In this document: positions 39,213 to 50,880 of the stretch, piece after piece
Numbering within the stretch: position 1 is the first letter of the stretch
Layout: each line of letters opens with the position of its first letter
NCBI RefSeq assembly: GCF_004010195.1
Contig: NC_057718.1
Coordinates: 76,712,129 to 76,776,128, forward strand
Direction of reading: 5' to 3'
Length of the DNA: 64,000 nucleotides
Source: Chiloscyllium plagiosum
Lineage: Eukaryota
The notes under the pieces: generated by a model
The model's input: only the letters and a program-made list of their open reading frames with translations
What the model was told of the DNA's origin: nothing
Database searches by the model: none
Program-made: the position numbers and the translations under genes

Positions 39213-39514
39213 CATTGTTATTGCTGAGCAGGTGCTGCTTGACAGCACTGCTGATGACACTTTTCATTGATTTGCTGATGATGAAGAGTAGACTGATGGG
39301 GCAGAAATTGATTGGGTTCGATTTCTCTTGCATTTTTTGTGTACAGGACATCACATTGTCAGGTAGATGCCAGGACTTTAGCTCAACTGGAAGAGCTTGG
39401 CTGGAGAGTGGCATATTTTGGAGCACAAGTCTTCAGTACTATTGCCAGAATGTTGTCAGTACTGTACTGTATCAAATGTGTTCTGATCATCCATGTATAC
39501 TACTATATCAGTAA

Positions 39515-39725
39515 AATCACCACAGTCCCAAAGGACCATAGAGCTGCTCTCTCATGAGAAAGACGACTGGTGGGGTGTTTAACCAGAGTTTCATCATGAC
39601 TCGGGCAAAGGACAAGATCAAGAAGGCAGGACCTTTATGGTGGCCTCAGCGAGTGAGGGAATTGAACACGCACTATTAGAAACAGTCTGTGTTGCACGCC
39701 AACCACCCAGCCTGAGCTAACCACA
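39515..39725 (-). mobile_element. Short tRNA-derived SINE-like element
   Basis: Minus strand begins GGTTAGCTCAGG (A box) with GTTCAATTCC (B box). Confidence 0.55.
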
Positions 39726-40025
39726 TCAATCCTTTCTGTTGTCTTTTCAAAAGACTCCAGCGAGTTCGTTCAACAGGATTTTCCATTAGGGGAGTGCAAG
39801 GTGCCACAAACATGAGACTGCCACTAAATCCAATGAGGAAGTTCGGAAAAATTACCCAGACAGCAATTAAAATATAGAATTTGGTCAAGCAAGGAGTAAA
39901 TGAGGTTTTTGATCGCAATGCATTTACTGTGAAGCCTAATTAACCACACGAAATGAAAAGCCATTCCTATAAAAGTATACACATGAAGAATTGTTTGGAC
40001 ATATTGCCTTAGAAGCCTGACTAAA

Positions 40026-40217
40026 GGTAAGTGGGATACCTGGGGGGTGGTGGTTAGGCAGCTTCGGCTTGTCTGAGCCAGTCTCCCGTTCGCAGTGTGA
40101 GCTGTCCAGGCCCTGATCTTGTGGCTGCTCTGACTGGGGTTCTGAGCCGAATTGGCAACTAAGTATTCCCCCAAAGGCGACGACAATGACCTGGACGAGG
40201 AGCAGGAAACCGGGTGA
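40026..40217 (+). pseudogene. Diverged partial duplicate of TMEM30A exon 1 (5'UTR plus about 20 codons), ATG changed to TTG
   Basis: Aligns by eye to 40683-40860; reads TTG-ATKYSPKGDDND then frameshifts to TGA at 40215-40217. Confidence 0.85.
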
Positions 40218-40299
40218 AGATTGAAGGAGGCTTATCTGAAAATGACCACTAGTTAGACGGAATAGGCTACTTCAGTGCTAATTTATCAGTAATATAATT

Positions 40300-40799
40300 A
40301 CGGGAACCGTTTGCTTTGTTTGTCTCAGCCCACAGTGATTCACCGCGTTCAGCTCCACGACTTGCCACCTTCAGACATTTCCTCAATTATACCTTCCAGG
40401 CTGGAATATCAGTAAAGTCCTCGTGTTAGTCGGGCCCCTGAGGCTGTACGTCCAAATAATTCTTCCCACATTAGACTTCTTTCAACTCAACGCAGACCAG
40501 CCGACAACACTGCGCTCTGGAAACTAACCTCCTGTCGTCATGGAAACAGAGTGGCCCGTTATGTTCGTGAACGTCATGACGTGTTTTGAACGTGTTCGTG
40601 CGATGACGTGTGTTGGAGGCGTCAGCGCGCTCGGGATTTGGTTTCCGGGCTTGGTTGCTTCTCCTCAGGGTTTGGTCCGAGTGCTAAGTCGGACGTTGGG
40701 GGGAGGTTAGGCAGCATCAGCTTGTCTGGGCAAGTCTCTCCCCCTACGTTCGCGGTGTGAGGTGTAGAGGTCCTGATCTTCTGGCCGCTCTGAGCTGAA
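40300..40799 (+). promoter_or_regulatory. CpG-rich, apparently TATA-less TMEM30A promoter and 5'UTR
   Basis: CpG density clearly above the flanks. X-box-like GTCGTCATGGAAAC at 40534-40547, palindromic ACGTCATGACGT at 40571-40582, TGACGT at 40604-40609, ETS TTCCGG at 40643-40648. TSS cannot be placed. Confidence 0.75.
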
Positions 40800-41012
40800 A
40801 TGGCAACTAATTATTCCGCTAAAGACGACGACGGTGACCAGCAGAAGAGCAGGAAACCGGACAACACAGCGTTCAAGCAGCAGCGCCTCCCCGCCTGGCA
40901 GCCCATTCTCACCGCAGGCACTGTCCTGCCCGCTTTTTTTATCATAGGCCTCATTTTCATCCCCATTGGCATCGGTCTCTTTGTCACCTCTAACAACATC
41001 AAGGAATTCGAG
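40800..41012 (+). CDS. TMEM30A: TMEM30A/CDC50A coding exon 1 (71 codons, includes first TM helix)
   Basis: Translates [71 protein letters not shown], the CDC50A N-terminus ([11 protein letters not shown] motif). ATG in GAAATGG context; donor GAG|GTAAGG at 41013, phase 0; lies in a CpG-rich region. Confidence 0.97.
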
Positions 41013-41829
41013 GTAAGGCCCGCGGCGGGAGCATCGTAAGGTTTTTTTTAGGCTGAGGACAAATGAGGAACAGCACCAATCAAGACATACACTTGTGAAC
41101 CTAATATTATTGGTTTACGTAGGATACACCCCAGATACTAGTACGATCAGCTTTTTTTTTGGTCTGTGTAAATATTTAATTCTGTGGTTATCTGAAAAAT
41201 TGCACATCTGCGAAGTAACATTTCTTTTGGTCTTCGCATGTATCCTTTTGTAGGTGTGCCGTTCCATAATACCTAATGTATACTGAACTAATCTGTAAAC
41301 ATAATTGAAATGTCAATCAATTCCTATTGTCCCCAGTTATGATTGGGGACATTTTTAGGCATTGTTGTGGTGACACCCTGCTTTTAAATGTGAGCACTTT
41401 TTGTACATGGGATCTGGATTGCAGATCCTAAATCTGGATATTTTTAGGTTCCATTTGGAAAGATATTTTCTTCATGGAAATTCTTGCTTTGTATTATCTA
41501 GCAATAGTTTTAATCAAAAATTATCCTCACATTTTGCAAACTACATTTTGTTATTGTTTTTCCTTTTATCAATTGATGCTTCTTTATGTTGGCATTGTTT
41601 TGCAAATTGTTGGCAAGATCAGCAACACAGATAAGGGCAAGGTGTACCATATAAATCTGTATAAATCTTAAATGTAACAATTTTTAAACTACTGAATGTT
41701 TTCAGCCAAATTAATAGTTTTATTGACGTAGTACCTCTTTACAGGATATGTAGTTATTCTTTCACCAACTTTTGGAATTAAACTACTTAAATCATTCCAT
41801 GTGTGAACATGGTCTAGAAGTACTTTTCT

Positions 41830-41987
41830 AGCAGAAAGTGAGGACTGCAGATGCTGGAGATCAGAGCTGAAAAATGTTGCTGGAAAAGTGCAGCAGGTCA
41901 GGCAGCATCAAAGGAGCAGGAGAATCGACGTTTCGGGCATAAGCCTGAAGAAGGGCTTATGCCCGAAATGTTGATTCTCCTGCTCTG
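41830..41987. mobile_element. Fold-back Penelope-terminus mini-element in TMEM30A intron 1
   Basis: TSD GAAGTACTTTTCT at 41817-41829 and 41988-42000; short inverted arms around CTGAAGA. Confidence 0.88.
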
Positions 41988-42129
41988 GAAGTACTTTTCT
42001 GTCAAGGGTCTGACCATTTCATTTGTTAGTAATTATAGAATGTGGGAGTCTAGTTGGGAACTGTTTTCTCCTATGTTGAAAAGTCAGTGGGCTCAATATT
42101 ATTTGATGAATGTACACTCTTTGAAATCT

Positions 42130-42565
42130 ACTAGGTGAAAGTGAGGACTGCAGATGCTGGAGATCAGAGTCAAGACTAGAGTGGTGCTGGAAAAGCACAG
42201 CAGACCAGGCAGCATCCAAGGAGCAGGAACACTTCAACCCCAGGGCATCACTGTGGACTTCACCAGTTTCCTCATTTCCCCTCCCCCCACCTTACCCCAG
42301 TTCCAACCTGCCAGCTCAGCACCATCCTTATGACCTATCCTACCTGCTAATCTTTCTTCCCGCCTATCTGCTTCATCCCCACCTCCATCCACCTATTACA
42401 CTCTTAGCTACCGTCTCCAAAGCTCCACCCCCTTCCCATTTATCTCTCCTCCCGGTAGGCTCCCTGCCTCATTCGTGATGAAGGACTTTTGCCCAAAACG
42501 TTGATTTTCCTGCTCCTTGGATGCTGCCTAGCCTGCTGTGCTTTTCCAGAACCACTCTAGTCTTG
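42130..42565 (+). mobile_element. Penelope 3' fragment with inverted 5' copy of its terminus, in intron 1
   Basis: TSD ACTCTTTGAAATCT at 42116-42129 and 42566-42579; the interior is PLE ORF end plus C-rich 3'UTR. Confidence 0.88.
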
Positions 42566-44493
42566 ACTCTTTGAAATCTGTCTATTATAATTTTATCATC
42601 TATCATTGGGGGAAAAAAACAGCATGATGGTCACTCTTTAGGTTTCCTGTTTTGAAGCAACATTATAACTGATCCTTCAATTTGTTTGTGTGATGGCATT
42701 CTCTTTCGAGTTAGGTTGTGTATGATAAGCATATGCACTCTTAGCTTCATCTGTTGAAACAACACTTTTAATTCATCCGACATCTTTTCCAAACCATAAA
42801 TCTAGTGAATCTTCAAGATTAACATCAAAAATAACTTTGAGTACATTGTATTAAATAGTTGTCCCTTTCATTTGACGCACTTAACAATTCCGTCATTTCA
42901 TTATTCCTTTCCATGCCTATCCTTATCCTAATCTCTAATCCCTCCTGTGTCATCCCTAACCATTTGTTGCCAATCATGTCCATTCCACCAATCACATCCA
43001 TTCCTCACAAAACAATCTCTTCAGGATAATTTTGATGTTGGGCTCTGCTTACCGTCTGCTGTTTTTGTTCTCTACCAAGCCCCCCACCTGGTGCCACCAA
43101 CTATTGGCAGCTGCATGTGTGTCATGAGCTCTAGTGCTCTACTTTCCTCATGTGTCTGTGTGCTAGTTACTGCCCGGCAAATAGTCTCACCAAGCACTGC
43201 ACCCTTCAACTACTGAATCTTAAAACCGAGTTTGATTGCAGATTTTGATAGGAGAAAAATGATCTACTTTACATTAGACTAAGTATTACCGAGTGTCAAA
43301 TTGTACATCTCATTCTGTATGTAAATTCTTTGCAGATAAATTTTGAGTGTTCAGCGCCAAACTGAATAGCAGAGTGCCATCAGTTCTTGGAACTTTATGT
43401 CCTCTAATCATGAAGATATATGGTTTCATGCCTCCACAAGAATTAACTCATTTCTGTCAGACTATTATGGAAAAATAGTTTCCACCCAAAAATAGGTTCC
43501 TTTTCCTCCCTCATCTATGGAGAAGATGTTTTAGTTACTTGGACAGTAATTGAGCAAGTATCAGATATGACACTGGCAAATTCCTGCAAATATATTGCTT
43601 TATTATCATAAACCTTTTATCCCAAGTACAATATGGTGCATAAAAAGGAAGGGAATGAAAAAAAACCTTGAGATAAAATTATAGGATTTTGTTCTGATGG
43701 AATCTTTTCATCTTCAAGTTCAATGAATCTGAGTAACTGTAAAATAATCCATTAAAACGTATGTTTTGCAAGCCAAGGTCTGTTTTATTAGCCCTTGAAA
43801 GCTGAATGCAAGATCTCTCTCATGACTACTGGTCAGGAATCTTCGGTTTAAATTATCTTTGTTGAGTCTGAATGGTATCTTTTATCATTTTTATTTTGTT
43901 TTGAGGTGTTATGGAAACTTTTATTTCTGATAATTTTATTAAAGTAGACTAGTATGAGTTTGGTGGCAAACATTTCATCTGCTTGAAGAGCAAGATAAAT
44001 TCTTGTTCTCTTGTTTGCTTTTAGCTATAATATTGTAATGTTAAAATCGCACCAGTTTTGGAGATAAAATTCAAATATCAGATATAAATGCTTTAACTTT
44101 AAATGAACTATGTTTTCATTTGTCTTTCTAAAAAGGTATTTATTTCTGTTTCTGCTTCATGAATTTTGATAGGAGAAAAGCTAGTTGAAAACAGTTGTTT
44201 TATTTCATTGTTTTTCTTTTACAAATATAATTTCTTCTACATTCATCCTGTACGTGTTTATCTTTAGTTTTTCTCATTTGTATGGGTTTCCAGTGTATGG
44301 TCAAAGCTTCCCCTGGAATGGTGGTAAATGTTGCTGAAGCTTCCCACTGTGTTAATTTGTCTTGAAAATGCATGTTTTATGGGATTTGAAACACAGAAAA
44401 AAATGATGCCAGATGAAGAAAAGCAGATGCTTTTGGGCTATGATTCTATTGGAGAAGTAACAGAGAACTCCAAGCAATGTAATGGATGTTAAT

Positions 44494-44698
44494 AAAAGAT
44501 GCTCGAATCTTAAACCAAAAGATAAAATGCTAGAAAATCTCAGCAGGTCTGGCAGCATATGTAAGGAGAAAAAAGAGCTGAAGTTTTGAGTCTAACTGAC
44601 TCTTTGACAAAGGGTCAGTTCAACTCGAAATGTCAGCTCTTTTCTCTCCTTACAGATGCTGCTGGACATGCTGAGATTTTCCAGCATTTTCTCTTTTG
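44494..44698. mobile_element. Third-family fold-back PLE-terminus element in intron 1
   Basis: Imperfect inverted arms (AAAATGCTAGAAAATCTCAGCAG / TGCTGAGATTTTCCAGCATTTT); TSD ATGGATGTTAAT at 44482-44493 and 44699-44710. Confidence 0.8.
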
Positions 44699-46528
44699 AT
44701 GGATGTTAATCTTTGACTTATTTCTGATATCAAACAGGAAGACTCCCCTGGGGCCAGACAAGTAAATACATTGGTAGCAAACAAAAGGGTTTTCCCTGGA
44801 TGAGTAAGTTCGCATCATATTGTAGGTTAATAGAAATGATTTTGGGTATGAGTGAACTATATTCCCACTGCCTAGATGAGTGGTTATTCACAAATGTTTG
44901 TTTCCAAAATTGAATCTAAAACCACACTATTCTCAAATTTAAGTTGTTATTTGATGTGATCAACACTTAAAAATAGACAGTAACCACAATCCTAAAACCA
45001 CTAATTATGACTATATGGTTGAAAATGTGTCAGTTAAGCAGATGGAATACAGGCCTACTGAATAGACTATTTCGAGAAATGGCATCAGATACTATTCAGA
45101 AGAGCTGATGTGTTTGTATAGAGTGGGTAGGGATTACTAAACCATAATTGAAGGGCATGAGCCATTCTCAGAGCAGTTTATAACTGGTTGCCTTCAGAGT
45201 AATTTAACCAAGACTAGAGTTAATTACTAGGAAACGCAGAGAAGCTTAAAATATTTGGATGACTAAATCCAACTGGGTGTTTAATAAGTTCTGTATGTTC
45301 TAAATAATGAAATGCTCTATTTATTTAAGGTGTGTCTAAATTCAGTTGTGTCCCACTCTTGCCATTCTCTGTGTTGTGTGTAAACTCTAAAGCGTGTTAG
45401 TTTTGTTAGCTGTTCTAACATGGCCTTATGGAAGGTATTACTTCTGCTTCAACTCTTCATGATAAAAATGTTTAAATGTTAGAGAATTGGTTTTAGAAAC
45501 TTATTTGCTACAACTCTTCAAACAGATTGGAAAGTTTAGCATTACTATATGAAATTATCATATAGAATTGGAGCCAATTGTTAAGATGCACAGACAGTAC
45601 ACCTATACTTCATTGTCACTATAAAAGAAAATCAAACCTTTGTTTCATTTTCTTTCACTTGTATCATTGAAAGATTGTGCATTCTTGACGACTACCTCAC
45701 TGCTTTCAATACAGTTATTACATTCTTACTAACCCCCTAGTCATTAACATTCAGTCTTTTGTTTTAAAAAATGACTTTTGTTTTACTTACCTTTGTTCTT
45801 TACCTTTCATCATACAAGAGGTGTGACAAGTTAATAATAAAGCTTCAATTTTAAAACATTTTACAAAGAAAACCTTGAAATAATTGAAAAGCAAGTGTTT
45901 ATGTCAGATAAGACTTTTTTAACTTCTCTAAATGCTGGAGATGAGATTTGAATTTAGGAAAAGGTATTGTAATCCTTGGAATGGGCATACATAGATTTCC
46001 CTGAGTAAACTGATCTGCACGTGCTGTGATACTGTGCAGACCATAATGGGCAGCCAGTTGTGTCTCCATCAATTAAGAGACAGTTTCATCCATGATATGT
46101 AAGGTGAAGTAGATTGTATTTGAGGGGATCTTTCTTGAGGAGAACCACCTGGTCTGGGCTCAGCAGTTCGTCCACAGATGTATTAGAGAAGACCTGGGGA
46201 GTGAGACCTGTTATGATCAGCAGACTGGGCATGCACTTCGAGGTGGGTCTGACTGTGTAAAAGATAAATGACATTTTATATTGAATTATATTTTATGTTT
46301 AATGGATGGGTATTCTGCTTTGCAGCATAGAAAAATTATGGAGGTTGTTCCCAGAGAAATGTCTGTCAGTTTCTTTATTTAATGAGTCCTTTGACTTCTG
46401 AGTAAGTTTTGAAGCCTTTGTTCTATGGACATTGAATGTGGTTGATTTTAGAACTGTCTCCCCCAACTCACTTCATTCTGCATATGATGTTTCAGGAATT
46501 GCATTATATATTTAAATTTTTTTTTCAG

Positions 46529-46642
46529 ATTGATTATACTGGCATTGAACCATATTCTCCCTGTCATAGCTGTGCTATGAATAGTACATGGAATACTACA
46601 TGTACCTGTGAAGTTCATTTTCAGCTGGATCAACCATTTGAG
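46529..46642 (+). CDS. TMEM30A: TMEM30A coding exon 2 (114 nt)
   Basis: Poly-T tract plus CAG acceptor; IDYTGIEPYSPCHSCAMNSTWNTTCTCEVHFQLDQPFE continues exon 1 in frame (E|IDYTG); donor GAG|GTATGA. Confidence 0.96.
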
Positions 46643-47559
46643 GTATGAATTAACTACCTATATATAATTAGTTATAAAAACAAAGGTGCTACATTTAGAA
46701 CTATTATCTACTCTGGTTAGGTTGGGAGAAAAACAGCTGTTGTACCTCTCAACTGATCAGTTCTCTGGTATGATGTGTATGCACTTGGTGGTTAAAACAA
46801 AAGTGGAATTGTATTTTCATGTTTTATGGTAAGTTGTGCTCCTAGATATGCTGTTGTTGCTCTTAATACTGGTGACTGCTGCCTATCTAATAAGAACCAC
46901 CTAATCCATACATGCCAGATGTACAATGGCTGCTAGCAAGTAGCCTCGTGACAGTATAAGGGGTAAATAGATGCTCTGTAGGATTAAGCTGGCTGAAAGA
47001 TGATATACCTGGAGATGAAAGCACAGAATTAAATAGAATCATGTGGTGGATTCGGTAGTCTGATGTCTGAAATAAACAGATTTACATTGCACTACAGTAC
47101 TGAATATGATTTAGCAGTTAAGTGGAATGTCAAGGAGTAGGCCTGTTATTGGAGGTTGGAATTCTTCTCATTGGTTCCAGTTATACCTACTAGTCAATGC
47201 ACTTAAAAGTAAGGTAGTCATGGTTGAGCATAAATGGAAATTTATCAGTGCTCTGCAATAAGTTCCAATGCATCACTTTGTTAAGTCCCAGCAACAGTCT
47301 GTTTTGCCAGACTGCATCAACGTTTTCAGGACTTGGGTCTCTTGGCTGCACCTTTGGAGTGGCAGGGCAATGCATGGAAGGTGGAGGTAAACTTTGCTTG
47401 TTGTTTTGACAAATGTGCAGTTTATTAGTACTGGCTTTGAAAAGTTTCAAATATAAGAGGGGGAAAGTTTACGTTTTTAATTACTTCTACAAATATTGGA
47501 ACAGCATATAGTGAGCCCATATCTCTAATACTGTATGTAGCAATAATCTCCTTCAGAAA

Positions 47560-50500
47560 AAATGTAAGTGCTTTGGAGGTTCAGAGGCAGTTTACTGCAT
47601 TTGATTCCTGGAATGAGTGAGTCATCTATTAGCAGCATTCCCTAAAATAATTTTTGTTGCTGCATAGACCTACATGAAGGTCATGCATGGTGGCAGGGTC
47701 TGGGATCTAAAGCCAGTGTGTTGGTCTCCCTGCTGACATGCGTGGAACTGCTAAGTGGCCACACAGCCATGTAGCTTACAGGAAATGTTCCTCATGAAAA
47801 TAGATTGGACAGGCTCAGTTCGTTTCCACTGGAGTTTGTAAGAATGAGGGATGACTTGATTGAAATGTAAAAATTCCTGTCTGGTGTTGACAAGATGAAC
47901 TTGAAAGGGATGTTTCCTTATGTCAGTCCAAAACTGGGGAGCACTGTTTTAAAATTCAGGGACAAAAGAGAGTGATGATCCCACTCAGTACGCTGGTCCC
48001 ACTTCTACCCCATACCCTTTCATCCCTCTTATATTTAACTCCTTCTTGAAAACATTCAATGTTCTGGCCTTAACAGCTTCCTGTGGCAGAGAATTTTGCA
48101 GCTCACCACTCTTTCGGTGAAGAAATTTCTCCTAATGAGTCCTAAATGACATACCCTAAATTAGATTGTGATGCTGTTCTTGACTCTCTGGTTATTGCCC
48201 TTCCCGCGTTTACCCTTTTTAGTCTTTTTGCTGTCAAAGTGGATAACCTCTCATTATTCAATATTATACTTCATGTCCACTCTCTCAACTTGTCTAAATC
48301 ACACTGAAGCATCTCTGCATCCTTCTCGAATGTCAATTCTACCAGTTAATCAATGAAAAATTCCAGTAGATTCATCGAGTGTGTTTTCCCTTTCGTAAAT
48401 ACATGCTGGCTCAGTCCAGTGCTGTCACTGTTTTCCATGCAGTCTGCCATCAAATCTTATTATAATGGACTCTCTTGTTTTCCCTCATACTGATGTTAGG
48501 CTAACCGATTCGCAATTCTATTTTTTTCTATATCTATTTTGAAATAGTGGAGCTACAATAGCTATCCCTCAATCCATAGGAACTGTTTCAGCTTGTATAA
48601 AATCTTGAAAGATGACCAGCAATGCATTCACAGTTTCTAAGGCCATTTCTACAAGTACTCTAGGATGTAGATTGTCAGGGCTTCGGAATTTGATGGTCTT
48701 TAACTCAACAATTTCTCCAACACCATTTCCCTATTAATATTGATTTTCTTCAATTCCTCTCTCTCATTAGACCACGCATTCCCCTACATTTTTGAGATGT
48801 TATTTGTATACTTTGTGACAACAGAATCAAAATATATATTTCATTGACCTGTCAACACTTTGTTCCCCAGTATAACCTCCTGCTTCTGTTTGTAAAGGAC
48901 TTGTGTTTGATTTTTACTTTCTTCCTGTTCACGTACCTATAATGGCTTTATAGTCAGTTTGTATTTTCCCTGTAAGCTTACTGTTGTACTTTCTCCGCCT
49001 CCCCCCCAACCTTTCTTAATCCATTCCTTTTGTCCTCTAAACTGCTCCCAACTCCAATTTGTATGGTCCTTCCTTTGATCTAACACTTAATGTTAGCCAC
49101 AGCGGGCCACCTCTCCTGTTTTATTTTTGTGTAAGATAGGAATGGCCAATTATTACAGATTCTCCATGCACTCTTTAAGTGTTTGCCATTGTTAATCCAC
49201 TATCATCCCTTTAAGTAGCTCTGTCCAATTTATCATAGCCAGCTTGCATGTCATTCCATCGTAGTTTCCTCACTTTAGGTTTGGACCTCAGTTTCACAAT
49301 CAACTATGTCACTGTCCATCTTACTGAAGAATTCTGTCATATTATGGTCATTCTTCCCAAGGGACCTTGCATAGCTAGATTGCTGGTTATTTCTTTCTCG
49401 CTCTATAAAATCCAGTCTAGGATGGCCTGTCCTGTAGTTGGTTCCTCAATTTATTGATCGAGAAAACCATCGCATACATATTCCAGGATTGTCTCCTGTG
49501 TTGGCATTGTTACTGATTTGATTTATCCAATCTATATGCAGTTAAAGTTACAGCTGTACTTTCATTGATTTTGGCTCTAATTTCATGTAAAGTGCCTTCC
49601 ACAACATGATCACGGCAGTTTGGTGATCTATATACAACCCCCCACTATCATTTTCTGCCACTTGGTGTTTCTAAGCTCTATCCTTGCAGATTCCACATTG
49701 TCTGAGCCAAAAGCTTTCCTCACTATTATGTGAATGTCCTGTTTAACCAGTAATACTACCAATCCTCCTTTATCTCTTTGTTCGTCCTAAGTTCCCTTGG
49801 ATATTTAGTTCCCATCCCTCTTCACCCAGCCCCAACTCCATAATTCTAACTATAAGCTGTTTATATCTATTTGAAATAAAAACAAATCAACCATGATCTT
49901 ATTCATTGGCACAGTAGTCTCAAAGAGCTGAAAGGTATACTTCTCCCATTTTGTATGTTTGTAACAGAAATGAGCCATTTGGTGTCTGGAGTCAATTTCA
50001 CCATTCAGTGAGATTGCAGTTTTCACAACACTTGAGTTTGAGATTGTTTTTGCTATATTTTAAAACTGATTTTGAATGAATTGTTGTTTACAGAACAGAA
50101 TTGCAAACTTGAATTTTTTGCACGAATAAATGTTTCATAATTTCACTCCTAAGAGATCTGGTATAATTTATTTTATTTCTAGTCTACTCTTTTGTTGTCC
50201 TTTAATATCTTGAAACTTGGAATAAATGCCTCAATTTATTAATTTCCAGGGATTAAAACCTTCGTTTGTTTAGTCTGTCTTTGCAGCCTTCTCCTTGGTG
50301 TCCGGGTATCATTGTAATAAGTCTAGACCGCACAGGCTGAGATGTCTAGGATTCAGATTGTGGTCTAATTGTGATTTTGTATAGCTGAACATGACTTCTC
50401 CCCTCTTGTATTCTTTCTCTCTCATTTCCTCAAAACTCCTCAAAATTTCATTATTTTTTGATCATGAAATCATGAAATTTAAAAGGTCAATGTGTTGGAA

Positions 50501-50880
50501 CCTAATCCTTCTTTGACTTCTCACTTATTTACAAAATGTCTCTTTTTGCCTATGTTGAAATCCACTTGTTATGATTTTGCACATTCAATTAGTCTATATC
50601 TCTTTGTAATTTTAGCTTGCATATACATACCTTAAAATTTCGAATCTTTGTATCATTGGAAAATTTGCATGTGTTGATTTCAATTCCATCATCTAAATTA
50701 TTAATGAATTGAGTGGATAGAGCATGGAACCTAGAAGGAGATCATTCATCATATTCTGTCAATCGGAGTATCTACTGATAACCCTATGCTTTGTTTCTTG
50801 CCAATATTTCAGTTTGTTAACCAGGTAAATAATAATCTGACCTCATTTCAAAGAGCTCAGACTTTAGCTGACCATCTCTT
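47560..50880. mobile_element. Cluster of heavily decayed CR1 fragments in intron 2 (mostly minus strand)
   Basis: CR1-like 3' segments and RT/endonuclease remnants with no intact ORF. Confidence 0.55.

Noticed and set aside
39824..40186. 120-aa antisense ORF upstream of TMEM30A as a divergent gene
   Set aside because: Non-ATG start, no recognisable similarity, overlaps the duplicated exon copy.
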